From: an uncultured Planctomycetia bacterium
GTDB taxonomy: Bacteria; Omnitrophota; Gorgyraeia; 2-02-FULL-51-18; JAGOUK01
Assembly (NCBI GenBank): GCA_964430735.1
Contig: CAYSFB010000009.1
Span: forward strand, 5,492 to 69,491
Direction: 5' to 3'
Length of the DNA: 64,000 nucleotides
Part shown: positions 19,703 through 29,672 of the stretch, in pieces
Layout of the letters: every line of letters starts with the position of its first letter
How positions within the stretch are numbered: the first letter of the stretch is position 1
The notes under the pieces: generated by a model
Seen by the model: the letters and a program-made list of their open reading frames with translations, nothing else
Database searches by the model: none
What the model was told of the DNA's origin: nothing
Program-made: the position numbers and the translations under genes

Positions 19703-21049
19703 ATGATGAAATACCTGCTGTTCATCGTATTCGCGACGGTGTCGGTGCCTTTGATGCTGACGGCTGGGCGGGTTCATCGGCGTTTCAGGGAGCTGCTGTT
19801 CACGCTGCTGGTGTTCTCGACCGCGCTGGGAGATATCGCCAATATCAATTTCTACTCGATGGAATGGTATCGCGGTCCCGACAAAGGATTCGAAGTCAAT
19901 CTGACGGACCTGATCGCGGCCGCGCTTCTGGGGATCTTTGTTTCCAAATACGCCGGCCGGATGAAGTGGCTGCCGTTCAACTCCCTGCCGATGTTCGCGA
20001 TCTTCGGACTGGCTGTATTTTCGGCGTCGACGGCGGAAGCGCCTTTGTACGCGTTTTTTACGCTTTTTAAACTGGTCAAGTTCTATCTGATCTATTGGTG
20101 CGCGGCGAACTGCTTGAGGGCCGGCATCCGGCCCGCCGTCTATTGGCGCGCTTTTGTCGCGATCGGCATCTATGTCACGGTGCTCTGTCTTCAGCAAAAG
20201 TATCTTGGCGGGATCTACCGGGTGAGCGGACCTTTTGACCACTCCAATGTGCTGCCGCCCTACCTGAACATGATCATTCCGGTTCTTCTGATCTGGGGTC
20301 TCACGGAGCCGCGGATTGCGGTCTGGAAGACGATCCTCAGCGTTTTGACCGTGTTCGGGATGTTGTTCTGTGTGTTCGCGACATTCTCGAGAGGCGGTGC
20401 GGCGTTCGGACTGATCGGTCTGATCGCGGCGGTTTTTTTCATGAACACGCGCCGTTCCTCGAAACGGGCGATCCTGGCGACGGGGGCTATATTTTTGCTC
20501 CTTTCGGCCGGTGTGTTTCGAGTGTCCAGCAGCTTCATCGACCGCATCCAGAATGCGCCCGAAGAAAGTATCGAGACACGCCGCGAACTCAATATTTCTT
20601 CATCCATGATGGCTGCTGAACATCCCATTGGAGTGGGGTTGAACAATTTTTCAGATGAATTGACCCGGGTGCGACGCTATCAACAGTCAGCGGAAATGCG
20701 CGGTGACTCAACAGCCCCGGTTGCTCACAGCATTTATTATTTGACGATGGCTGAGTTGGGTTGCGCAGGACTCGTACTTTATCTTTTGATAATCGGACGT
20801 TTTGTCTTACATTTCACATATAACGCAATAAGGATGAAGACTCTGCTGGGTCTTTTGTTGGGCGGTTTGGCGATCGGATTTGGAGCATTGCATGCGAGTG
20901 GGTTTTTGGAATTCGCATTTCCGATCACGCCTGTTTTTTACTTATTTGCGATCCTTTCTGGATTTGCGGTGGCGCTGGTCGAGCGGGGATTGCAGGAGCG
21001 CAAATCGAGAATAGCCGAGTTCCGCCGCGCCGCAAGGGGGCAGTTGTGA
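19703..21049 (+). CDS. O-antigen ligase/polymerase (Wzy-like) membrane protein
   Basis: About 10-12 TM helices. Wzy_C-like block FATFSRGGAAFGLIGLIAAVFF. Confidence 0.6.
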   Translation: MMKYLLFIVFATVSVPLMLTAGRVHRRFRELLFTLLVFSTALGDIANINFYSMEWYRGPDKGFEVNLTDLIAAALLGIFVSKYAGRMKWLPFNSLPMFAIFGLAVFSASTAEAPLYAFFTLFKLVKFYLIYWCAANCLRAGIRPAVYWRAFVAIGIYVTVLCLQQKYLGGIYRVSGPFDHSNVLPPYLNMIIPVLLIWGLTEPRIAVWKTILSVLTVFGMLFCVFATFSRGGAAFGLIGLIAAVFFMNTRRSSKRAILATGAIFLLLSAGVFRVSSSFIDRIQNAPEESIETRRELNISSSMMAAEHPIGVGLNNFSDELTRVRRYQQSAEMRGDSTAPVAHSIYYLTMAELGCAGLVLYLLIIGRFVLHFTYNAIRMKTLLGLLLGGLAIGFGALHASGFLEFAFPITPVFYLFAILSGFAVALVERGLQERKSRIAEFRRAARGQL

Positions 21050-22305
21050 CCACTCAGGCTCCTATCCACACGATCCAGATCCCCCGGCGTTTTTCGACGG
21101 ACCGTTGGGGAGGCACCGAAACGGTGGTGCTTCAAACCTCCAGCCGTCTGTGCGCGATGGGCCATCCCGCCCGGATATTTTCGTCTGATGCTTTGGACGT
21201 GAAAGGAGAAGCATCCCTGTCAGGCGTTCCCATTCGGCGTTTCAAGTCGTTCTATCCTTATTTCGGACTGACCCCGGAAGCCAGGCATCAGATGGACGAA
21301 AAAGCGGGCAACCTTTTTTCCTTTTCTTTGTTGAAAGCCCTGAGATCAGCACCGGACGTGGACCTGATCCATTTGCACACCGGGAATCGCATGGGCGGCA
21401 TCGGCCGGCATGCGGCAAAGATCCGGCGTATCCCATATGTCATCACTTTGCACGGCGGCGTTCTGGATGTTCCCGCGGAAGAGGTCCGTCGTTGGACAGC
21501 GCCGGCCCGCGGCACATTTGAATGGGGCAAGTGGCTCGGCTGGTGGGTGGGTTCGCGCCGGGTGCTCGACGATGCGGCAGCGATTCTTTGCGTCGGCGAA
21601 AGCGAGCGGCGGTTGATGGCCCAAAAGTTCCCTTCCAAGCGCGTCGAGCATCTGCCTAACGGAGTAGATGCGGCACGGTTCGCGCACGGCGATCGCGGAG
21701 CTTTTCGCGCCCGGCACCGCATTCCGGCGGATGCGTTCGTGATCCTGATCCCGGCCCGCATTGATCCGCAGAAAAATCAGGTTTTTGCGGCGCGTCTATT
21801 GTCCCGCATGCGCGCGATCCGGCCTGACGTCCATTTGGTGCTGGCGGGGCCTTGCACGGACCAGGACTATGCGCGGCAGCTGGAGGACCAAATTCAACGG
21901 TCGGGCCTCGCGGCGCATATCACCCGGACCGGCGGTCTGTCCGGCACCGGACAGGAGCTTGTGGATGCGTATCACGCGGCGGATCTGCTTTTGCTTCCGT
22001 CGCTGCACGAGCCTTTCGGCGTCGTCATTCTGGAGGCGTGGGCTTCGGGCCTGCCCGTTGTTGCGAGCCGGGTCGGCGGAATTCCGTCTTTTGTTGAAGA
22101 TGGCCGCGACGGTCTTTTGTTCGCGCCGGATGATGAGCGAAGCTGTTTAGAAGCTTTTCAAAAAATCATCATGGCGACCGGCTTAAGGACCGCACTCGCG
22201 TCGAACGGCCGGAAAAAAGCGGTTGAGTCCTATAGTTGGGACACGGTTACCCGCCGGCTGCTCAAAATTTATGAGGAAGTCATTCGTGAAAATCCTGTTC
22301 GTTAA
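21046..22305 (+). CDS. Glycosyltransferase family 4 (GT-B, GT1 clan)
   Basis: EPFGVVILEAWASGLPVVASRVGGIPSFVEDGRDG, a typical GT4 C-terminal nucleotide-sugar binding motif. Confidence 0.75.
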   Translation: MTTQAPIHTIQIPRRFSTDRWGGTETVVLQTSSRLCAMGHPARIFSSDALDVKGEASLSGVPIRRFKSFYPYFGLTPEARHQMDEKAGNLFSFSLLKALRSAPDVDLIHLHTGNRMGGIGRHAAKIRRIPYVITLHGGVLDVPAEEVRRWTAPARGTFEWGKWLGWWVGSRRVLDDAAAILCVGESERRLMAQKFPSKRVEHLPNGVDAARFAHGDRGAFRARHRIPADAFVILIPARIDPQKNQVFAARLLSRMRAIRPDVHLVLAGPCTDQDYARQLEDQIQRSGLAAHITRTGGLSGTGQELVDAYHAADLLLLPSLHEPFGVVILEAWASGLPVVASRVGGIPSFVEDGRDGLLFAPDDERSCLEAFQKIIMATGLRTALASNGRKKAVESYSWDTVTRRLLKIYEEVIRENPVR

Positions 22306-23473
22306 TCAAAGCGGCGGTTATCTCGGCGGGGTGGAGCAGCATGTGCTGAACATGGCCAAGGCTCTCGGCGGCCGCGGGCATGTCTGCTGCTTAGCTTACG
22401 GCGATCGGACGGAAAAATCCTTTACCGATTATATGAGCCATTTTTCCGACAGCCGACCGGTCCGCGAATTATGTTCCGACGGCTCGGTTCCGTCGGCTGA
22501 ACACCGGCTTTTCTCGGACATCGTCCGCGAACTGGCTCCGGACGCCATTTATATCCACAAAGCTCCTTCTATCCGAACGCTGGGCCTTCCGTCGCTCGGG
22601 GTGCGGGCGATCCGGATGATCCACGATTATGACGTGACCTGTCCGAGGGGGAGAAAATACTACACGGTCGGCCAGAAGATCTGCCGTCATCAAGCTGACT
22701 GGCGCTGCTGGGTCGATCTGGCTTTTTTGAAGAAGGACCCGCAATCACCGGTCGGCATCGGATTTGCGAGCATTCCGGACCGGATGGAAGAAATGCGCGC
22801 TCATCGGATCCTGGACCGCATTCTCGTCGTGAGCCATGCAATGGAAAATGAAATGCTGATGAACGGGTTCACTTCCGAACAAGTTTCGGTATTGCCGCCC
22901 GCGGTCCGTCTGAGTGACCGGCCGATCACGCCCCCTTCCGAATCGCGGCATATCTTGTATGTGGGTCAACTGATCCGCGGCAAGGGAGTGGACCTGATGC
23001 TGCGGGCGCTGGGGCGGGTCCGGACCGATTTTTCGGCGACGCTCATCGGAACCGGCAATGCGCAGAAGGACCTTGAAAAATTGTGCCGCACTCTGGGTCT
23101 GCAGGACCGGATCCGCTTCCTCGGCTGGGTCGCCAATGACGAGATCGGAAAATTCTACGAAGATTCCCGCATGGTGGTCGTGCCGTCGCGCTGGCCGGAC
23201 CCGCTGCCGACCGTCGTGCTTGAGGCGATGCGGCACGCTCGCGCGGTCGTGGCCTTTGACGTCGGCGGCATCCCTGAGATGGTGGACCGGGACAAAACGG
23301 GCTTTTTGGCAAAGGAGCAGGATATCGACGGCATGGCGGACGCGATCCGGAAGCTGCTGGAGGACCGCGCCTTGGCCGGGGCCATGGGCCGTAAAGGGTA
23401 CGAGCGGGCCCGGGATGAGTTCGTGACCGAACGGTATTTCAGCGCATTGGAAGGGCATCTTCGATGCGCATAG
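22286..23473 (+). CDS. Glycosyltransferase family 4
   Basis: PLPTVVLEAMRHARAVVAFDVGGIPEMV motif. Likely GTG start at 22286 preceded by GAGGAAG; ORF track begins 22223. Confidence 0.7.
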   Translation: MKILFVNQSGGYLGGVEQHVLNMAKALGGRGHVCCLAYGDRTEKSFTDYMSHFSDSRPVRELCSDGSVPSAEHRLFSDIVRELAPDAIYIHKAPSIRTLGLPSLGVRAIRMIHDYDVTCPRGRKYYTVGQKICRHQADWRCWVDLAFLKKDPQSPVGIGFASIPDRMEEMRAHRILDRILVVSHAMENEMLMNGFTSEQVSVLPPAVRLSDRPITPPSESRHILYVGQLIRGKGVDLMLRALGRVRTDFSATLIGTGNAQKDLEKLCRTLGLQDRIRFLGWVANDEIGKFYEDSRMVVVPSRWPDPLPTVVLEAMRHARAVVAFDVGGIPEMVDRDKTGFLAKEQDIDGMADAIRKLLEDRALAGAMGRKGYERARDEFVTERYFSALEGHLRCA

Positions 23474-24606
23474 GCATTTCCACCTGCGCAGGTGACGGCG
23501 GCAAGTCGGGGATCAGCCAGTACATGATCCAACTTATCAACGAATTCGCCAAAGACAAAAGCGGCATCGAATTCGAATGCATCGTCTATCCGGACGAACA
23601 AGATATTTTTATTTCCGATCCGAAGCGGATCCTTCCCGTGCATATCAGCCCCAGACTCAAGCCGCCCATCGTAAACGTGGCTTGGAATCAGGTGGGGCTG
23701 CCGGTGTTGTGCCGGAAGCGCGGATACGACGTGCTGTTCTTGCCTGCGGCCAACCGTCGGATCTGCTACCACGCGCCTTGTCCGACAGTCGGAACCGTGC
23801 ATGATTTTTCCAATCTTCATGTGAAGGGGAAGTATGATCCCGCCAGGCATTTTTATATCACCCGGGCGCTCCCTCCTCTGATCCGGCGGTTGAACCATGT
23901 CCTGACGGTGAGCGAAGCGAGTAAAAAGGACATCGTCGAATATGCGCAGGTTCCCGCTGACCGCGTGACCGTGATCTACAACGGCGCGCATCATCAGGTC
24001 TACACCCCTGGGGATCCAAAAGCGGCTTTTGCCCGCGTCGCCGGTTCCTACGGTCTCCGGGCGCCGTATCTTCTTTATGTATCGCGCATCGAACATCCCG
24101 GCAAGAATCACATCCGGCTGATCCATGCGTTCGAGCGCCTCAAGGCGTCCGGCATTCCGCATCAGCTCGTCCTGGCCGGCAGTGACTGGAAGGGCGCCGA
24201 GCAAGTGCATTTGGCCCGCGAGCAATCGCCGTACAAGCAGGACATTCTGTTCACGGGATTCTTAAAAGGGTCGGACTTGCCGGACTTGTACCGGGCGGCG
24301 GACCTTCTTGTCTTCCCGTCGCTTTATGAGGGCTTCGGTCTTCCGGTCGTCGAAGCGATGGCATCCGGCATTCCGGTGGCCTGCTCCAATCTCTCTTCGC
24401 TGCCCGAAATTGCCGGCGGCGCGGCGGAGTTGTTCGATCCGTATGATCCGGAGTCCATCGCCGCCGCCGTCCGCTCTCTCATGGATCCGGTCCGCCGGTG
24501 CGAGTATGTCCAAAAAGGTCTTTTGCAGAGCAAAAAATTCGAATGGTCCGCCAACGCACGGACCACGCTGGGTATTCTGAAGCGCGCGGCGGGAGATAAG
24601 CGATGA
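23464..24606 (+). CDS. Glycosyltransferase family 4
   Basis: EGFGLPVVEAMASGIPVACSNLSSLPEIAG motif. Confidence 0.75.
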   Translation: MRIGISTCAGDGGKSGISQYMIQLINEFAKDKSGIEFECIVYPDEQDIFISDPKRILPVHISPRLKPPIVNVAWNQVGLPVLCRKRGYDVLFLPAANRRICYHAPCPTVGTVHDFSNLHVKGKYDPARHFYITRALPPLIRRLNHVLTVSEASKKDIVEYAQVPADRVTVIYNGAHHQVYTPGDPKAAFARVAGSYGLRAPYLLYVSRIEHPGKNHIRLIHAFERLKASGIPHQLVLAGSDWKGAEQVHLAREQSPYKQDILFTGFLKGSDLPDLYRAADLLVFPSLYEGFGLPVVEAMASGIPVACSNLSSLPEIAGGAAELFDPYDPESIAAAVRSLMDPVRRCEYVQKGLLQSKKFEWSANARTTLGILKRAAGDKR

Positions 24607-25220
24607 GCGCCGGTCCCTTCATTATCGGCATCGCGGGCGGCTCCGGGGCGGGCAAGTCTTTTTTGGCGGATCGCCTGGTCCGGCATCTCAAATCATCGGC
24701 GTCCATTCAGCTCGATGCGTATTACCGCGATCTCTCGTACCTGCCATTTTCTGATAGGACTGAGCGTAATTTTGACGAACCCGCAGCCATTGACGACGCG
24801 CGTCTATTGGCGGATTTGAAGGATGTTCGATCGGGTCGTGCTGCATCGATACCGTTGTACGATTTTTCCAAGCATTGTCGAAAAGTCGGAGCTCTGGAGC
24901 TTCCGGCAGGCCTCAGGCACGTTATTGTGGAAGGGCTGTTTGTCTGGCACTGGCCCGGAATCAAGGCGTGTCTGGACCTTAAGATTTATATCGATACGGA
25001 TACGGCGCTTTGCGAGATGCGGAGGAAGCGGCGCGACGTGGCAGAGAGGGGAAGGACCGAAGTTGACGTGGAGCGCCAGCTGCGCGAGACCGTCCGGCCG
25101 ATGTTCAAAAAGCATGTCTTGCCCCTGAGGGCCGATGCGGATCTTGTTTTGGCCGGGGTAGACCTGGATCCGCAGATCGACGCTGTTATCGCACGGTTGA
25201 CCGCACGGGAGGCCGCATGA
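24603..25220 (+). CDS. Uridine kinase / phosphoribulokinase-family P-loop kinase embedded in the EPS locus
   Basis: IIGIAGGSGAGKSF Walker A; DAYYRD; NFDEPAAID; VIVEGLF...LDLKIYIDTDTALCEMRRKRRDVAERGR. Collinear with Udk. Confidence 0.65.
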   Translation: MSAGPFIIGIAGGSGAGKSFLADRLVRHLKSSASIQLDAYYRDLSYLPFSDRTERNFDEPAAIDDARLLADLKDVRSGRAASIPLYDFSKHCRKVGALELPAGLRHVIVEGLFVWHWPGIKACLDLKIYIDTDTALCEMRRKRRDVAERGRTEVDVERQLRETVRPMFKKHVLPLRADADLVLAGVDLDPQIDAVIARLTAREAA

Positions 25221-25996
25221 ACAAAGCCGAGTTCGGCGGAATGAAGATTGATCTCCTGGATCTGGACGGTGCCGTCCGCCGGATCGTGGACCATGCCGCA
25301 ACGGGTCCGGCGCCGGCGCAGGTTATCGCCTCGGCCAATTCCCAGGGAATCCGAGAATACGCCGTTAATCCCGGTTACCGAGCGGCCTGCGACGCCGCTC
25401 TTTTGACCCTTCCCGACGGCATGTCCCTCGTGTTTGGCCTGCGACTTCTAGGTGTCCAAGGCGTGTCCAAAGTTTCGGGTTCCGATCTCATGCCCCGGCT
25501 CTGCGAGGCTGCGGCGCAGGAGGGTCTAAAAGTTTTTCTGCTGGGAGGCCGGCCCGGATCCGCGGAAGAAGCCGCGCGGATCCTGGAGCGCGGGAATCCC
25601 GGTCTGCGGATCGCCGGCACGGCGTGCCCTCCTTTAGGATTTGAGAAAACTGCGGCGGGATCTCAGGCGGTGACGGAAGCCATCCGCCGCACGCAGCCTC
25701 ATCTGGTGTTCGTCGCGTTCGGAGTCCCCAAGCAGGAGCTTTGGATCGATCAAAATCTTCATGCGGCCGGTGCGCCGGTCATGATGGGGGTGGGCGGGAC
25801 TTTCGAAATGATCGCCGGCCGTGTCCGGCGGGCACCGTCGTGGATCCAGAATATGGGACTCGAATGGTTGTTCCGGCTGGTTCAAGACCCCGGGCGTCTT
25901 GCGGGCCGTTATCTGAGTTGCCATGCATCGTTCGCCGCTATCCTCGTACGTGAGTTCTGGACCCGTCGGATCCGGCTGCGGAAGCGGGAGGTTTGA
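25217..25996 (+). CDS. WecB/TagA/CpsF-family glycosyltransferase (GT26)
   Basis: Size ~260 aa; HLVFVAFGVPKQELWI and MMGVGGTFEMIAG blocks typical of GT26. Confidence 0.7.
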   Translation: MNKAEFGGMKIDLLDLDGAVRRIVDHAATGPAPAQVIASANSQGIREYAVNPGYRAACDAALLTLPDGMSLVFGLRLLGVQGVSKVSGSDLMPRLCEAAAQEGLKVFLLGGRPGSAEEAARILERGNPGLRIAGTACPPLGFEKTAAGSQAVTEAIRRTQPHLVFVAFGVPKQELWIDQNLHAAGAPVMMGVGGTFEMIAGRVRRAPSWIQNMGLEWLFRLVQDPGRLAGRYLSCHASFAAILVREFWTRRIRLRKREV

Positions 25997-27546
25997 TGAC
26001 CCACGGGTCCCTTTCGCGCACCACCGCCATCAACGCCCTGAGTGGTTATTCACTTTTGTTGCTGAAGATATTCCTGGGCCTGATCACGTTCCGCCTCCTC
26101 TATCAAGGACTGGGGGCTGATCCCGAGAGATTCGGGTTCTGGGGACTGCTCTGGGCTGTCTTTGGTTACGGAATCCTTCTGGATTTTGGTTTTGGGTACG
26201 CGGCCCAGAAAAGTGTCGCCGAGCTCTCGGTCAGACAAGATTGGGACCGGTTAAGCCGCGTTTTAAGCACCATTTTTTTCTACTACCTGTTCGCTTCTCT
26301 GGTAATAGTCACGATCGGGATTTTTTTCTCCGAGGCATTGATCGGCCTGTTTAATGTGAGCGCCAGGAATCACGATGAATTCCGGAGCGTGTTGATCGTG
26401 TTCTTGATCGGAATGGGGGCGATGTTTCCATTGGGGATTCTGCCTGAAATATTAAAAGGCCAGCAGCGGACGGCCGCAGCCAATCATCTCAGTATGGCGG
26501 GGACTGTTGCGAATTTCGCCGTGGTGGTCGCGGTCGTTTGGTTCAAGCTGAGCTTTATGAGTCTGGTCGCCGGTTCGCTGGCCTGCATTCTGGTCGCCAA
26601 CGGCATCGCCGCCAAACTGGCTTTCCAAAAAATGCCTCAAGTCCGGATTCATCCCAAGTATTTCTCATTCGCGGAGATCGTCAATATCAGCCGATTCAGC
26701 CTTTTCGCATATTGCGGCATGTTGAGCAACGTGGTGCGGGTGAAGCTGGACCAGCCCATCATCAGCGCGATCCTCGGAGTCGCCTTTGTGACGCCCTATC
26801 AGGCCGGAGGAAAAGTCGGCGAAATGTTCGGGATGTTTACGCGCCAGATCGCCGATGCGCTGTCGCCGGCCGCAGCCCATCTGCATGCCAAAGACGACCG
26901 CGAGGTGTTTCGCGAGATGCTCTTCAACGGAATGCGATACAGCTTGATGGTAGCTACTCCGCTGGTCATCGTAACGGCCGTCTACATGAAAGGCCTGATC
27001 CGTCTGTTGACCGGTATGGATGAGCCCACGCCGGCCATGATTTGGACGGGAGAGCTGCTGTTATGCTGGTATTACTCGCTGGCGCTGACGCACCGCGTAT
27101 TCAAGAGCATGGCCATGATGGCAGGGCAGGAAAAGCGGCTCATGGTTCAGGGGGTCTGCGAAGCAGCAGCGAATCTGATCCTGAGCGTCGTCTTGACGGT
27201 CTGGATCAAGCGAGCGTGGGGCGCCGACTGGGCTATTGTCGGAGTCGCGCTCGGCTCTTTACTGCCAACCGCGGTGTTCGGCTGGTCGTTTCTGTGGCGG
27301 TGGACGGCCAGGGAGTTAGGGATTGGTTATTTTAGACTTTTTGGCCGAATCGTGATCCGGATATGGGCGGCATGCCTTCCTGTGGCCGGTTTGGCGTTGT
27401 GGACGCACGCACAACTACCCGCAGTCAGATCGGGGGATGCTTTGCCGGTTCTTACGTCCGCGGCCGCGTCGCTTCTGGTGGGCGTCGCCGGGATCTGGTT
27501 TTGGGCTCTTTCCCCGGGAGAACGCAGAAAATGGGTACGCCGATGA
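25993..27546 (+). CDS. Polysaccharide flippase (Wzx, MOP/MATE-like superfamily)
   Basis: About 12-14 TM helices, 517 aa, position in a Wzx/Wzy-type cluster. Confidence 0.65.
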   Translation: MMTHGSLSRTTAINALSGYSLLLLKIFLGLITFRLLYQGLGADPERFGFWGLLWAVFGYGILLDFGFGYAAQKSVAELSVRQDWDRLSRVLSTIFFYYLFASLVIVTIGIFFSEALIGLFNVSARNHDEFRSVLIVFLIGMGAMFPLGILPEILKGQQRTAAANHLSMAGTVANFAVVVAVVWFKLSFMSLVAGSLACILVANGIAAKLAFQKMPQVRIHPKYFSFAEIVNISRFSLFAYCGMLSNVVRVKLDQPIISAILGVAFVTPYQAGGKVGEMFGMFTRQIADALSPAAAHLHAKDDREVFREMLFNGMRYSLMVATPLVIVTAVYMKGLIRLLTGMDEPTPAMIWTGELLLCWYYSLALTHRVFKSMAMMAGQEKRLMVQGVCEAAANLILSVVLTVWIKRAWGADWAIVGVALGSLLPTAVFGWSFLWRWTARELGIGYFRLFGRIVIRIWAACLPVAGLALWTHAQLPAVRSGDALPVLTSAAASLLVGVAGIWFWALSPGERRKWVRR

Positions 27547-28685
27547 AGCGCCTGCGCGTGCTGTATCTGGACAAGCCGTTTGAACACGAAAAGGGAGGGG
27601 ACAAGAACCGCAGCAGATTCATTTGGAAGACGCTCAAAGAAAATTTTGATGCTGATCTGTTGTTGCTGGATCATCCGTCCGATCCGATCCTTCCGCATCT
27701 GGTTCCACAAAGACCGCCTTTTCCTCGTCCCTCCGCAATACCGGCCTTCTCCGCTTTTGACCGCGAGGTTTTTCTTAAAATGCTTCGCGCGCGGGCGCAT
27801 GACGTCATTTTCAGCAGATTCTGCACGGGGTGGGAGCTGTGTGATCTCGCGTCGAGGAAGCTTCCTGACATCGGTACGGTCATTGACGTCGACATGCTGT
27901 CCTCGCGGCTGGCTGATCTATCGTGGCGATCCGATCCCGTTTTCCACCGCCGCTGGTTCTTACACGAGGCGATCAAGCTGAAGCTTTTTGAAAAAAAACT
28001 GTTCCGCAAGCCGTGGCAGTTCTTATTCAGCAATCCCGTTGAGTTGCAGGAAGTCCGGATCAAATCGGGACATCCGGGCCCGAATTTTTATCTGGTTCCC
28101 AACGTAATGCCGGAACCGAGTCCGCAGTCGGATCGTCCGCAAAAAAAGATCGTCCTCTTTTTCGGAAGTCTCGACTCGTCCGCCAACAGCGACGCCGCGG
28201 CCCATCTCCTAGAATCCGTGCTCCCCCTCATTGAATCCGATCTCAAGAGCGCCGGAGCCGTCGTTCACATCGTGGGGAAGAATCCGCCGGAAAAGATCCG
28301 TCGCCGGATCGAGACCCGTCCTCAGACCTGCTTGAAGCTGATCGGCGAAGTCGATTCAATCGAATCCGCCATATCTGAATGTCTTTTTGTCCTGCTGCCC
28401 CTGCGGATCGCATCAGGCACCCGGACCCGGATATTGGAGGCCGCCGCGCAGAAGCGTGCCGTTGTCACCACGACGCTCGGTGCGGAAGGTCTGGACTTGG
28501 GGGATGGGGTGCTTTTGGGGGATGATCCGGAAGCGATCGCCATCCACGTCCGCAGACTGCTTTTGCAGCCGCAACTCGCTGCAGAGCAGGGTAGAAAAAT
28601 ACACGGAATTGCCGCTTCTAAATATTCGTCCAGTGCCGTGGCGTCTGAATTGATCGATGTTATACGGCGGAGTGTGATCCGATGA
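27531..28685 (+). CDS. Glycosyltransferase (GT-B fold, GT1/GT4-like)
   Basis: C-terminal region with ASGTRTRILEAAAQKRAVVTTTLGAEG. Start at 27531 or 27543 (ATGA overlap with wzx stop). Confidence 0.55.
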   Translation: MGTPMKRLRVLYLDKPFEHEKGGDKNRSRFIWKTLKENFDADLLLLDHPSDPILPHLVPQRPPFPRPSAIPAFSAFDREVFLKMLRARAHDVIFSRFCTGWELCDLASRKLPDIGTVIDVDMLSSRLADLSWRSDPVFHRRWFLHEAIKLKLFEKKLFRKPWQFLFSNPVELQEVRIKSGHPGPNFYLVPNVMPEPSPQSDRPQKKIVLFFGSLDSSANSDAAAHLLESVLPLIESDLKSAGAVVHIVGKNPPEKIRRRIETRPQTCLKLIGEVDSIESAISECLFVLLPLRIASGTRTRILEAAAQKRAVVTTTLGAEGLDLGDGVLLGDDPEAIAIHVRRLLLQPQLAAEQGRKIHGIAASKYSSSAVASELIDVIRRSVIR

Positions 28686-29647
28686 GGGGAAGTCTTGATC
28701 GGATCCGCGAATGTCTGAGCCTTGGAAGAATGGCGAAAGAGATACGGGAATTCAGATCCCGATGCTTCAATCTTGGGATCGAGCGCGGAAAGATCATTTT
28801 TGAGAAAGATCCGGAGACTCCGGAGAGTTCCAATAAGCCGATTCCAATTTATTACTGGAAGAATTGGATAAATTTTGGGGACGCCATCAGTCCTTTCGTC
28901 GTCCGGGTGCTGAGCGGCCGGGGGGTTGTGCACCGCTCTTCAGATTTCAAGGAACCTCGATTGCTGGCAGTGGGATCCGTGCTTCATGACGCGAATGAGG
29001 GAGATATTGTTTGGGGAAGCGGGTTCAGAGGAAACGAAATACGGGCCGGACGACTCGATGTTCGTGCGGTGCGCGGTCCGTTGACGCGGGCAGCATTGGT
29101 CCGGCTCGGGATCAAAGCTCCCCAAGTTTACGGAGATCCCGCGGTTCTCATGCCCTATCTGTTTGATCCCCGGACGACCCGGCGGTACGATGTGGGCGTC
29201 ATTCAACACCTTCGTTACAGGAATCAGTCCCGAATTTTGAATCCCGCGGGTCTGAAGGTTCTCGAGATCCGCGTAGACCAGCATCCTCTGTCGGTGATTT
29301 CGCAGATCTGCGAATGCCGCCAGATCCTGTCGAGCTCTCTGCACGGGATCATTGTCGCCGACGCTTACGGTATCCCTTCGCGATGGATCAAGCCAAAATG
29401 CGAAAAAGGAATTCCGTCAGAACCCGATATCAAGTTCGAAGACTATTACGCATCCACGGGCCGCATGAAGATGCCGTATCTTTACGAAAATTACATAGGT
29501 ATCGAAGAATTGACGAGAGAGATGGATGCTGCTGCGCGGATTGAATCGCCCGAAAAACTCCTGCTGTCATTCCCGTTCCTCAGAAAGGGCATCCGCGGGC
29601 TGGATGATCTGAAGCGTTATCGGATCACGTCCGGCTCCTGCAGATAA
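28682..29647 (+). CDS. Polysaccharide pyruvyl transferase (CsaB/WcaK/ExoV family)
   Basis: ISPFVVRVLSG, GSVLHDANEGDIVWGSGFRG, SSSLHGIIVADAYGIPS blocks characteristic of PS_pyruv_trans. Confidence 0.7.
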   Translation: MRGSLDRIRECLSLGRMAKEIREFRSRCFNLGIERGKIIFEKDPETPESSNKPIPIYYWKNWINFGDAISPFVVRVLSGRGVVHRSSDFKEPRLLAVGSVLHDANEGDIVWGSGFRGNEIRAGRLDVRAVRGPLTRAALVRLGIKAPQVYGDPAVLMPYLFDPRTTRRYDVGVIQHLRYRNQSRILNPAGLKVLEIRVDQHPLSVISQICECRQILSSSLHGIIVADAYGIPSRWIKPKCEKGIPSEPDIKFEDYYASTGRMKMPYLYENYIGIEELTREMDAAARIESPEKLLLSFPFLRKGIRGLDDLKRYRITSGSCR

Positions 29648-29672
29648 CCGACAGGAAGGTCTTGGACAGAAG

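Noticed and set aside
16583-24225. Antisense ORFs within the EPS locus (16583..17635 -, 17896..18579 -, 22745..23458 -, 23155..24225 -)
   Set aside because: Opposite-strand shadows of confidently assigned glycosyltransferase/phosphodiesterase genes; no domain signatures.
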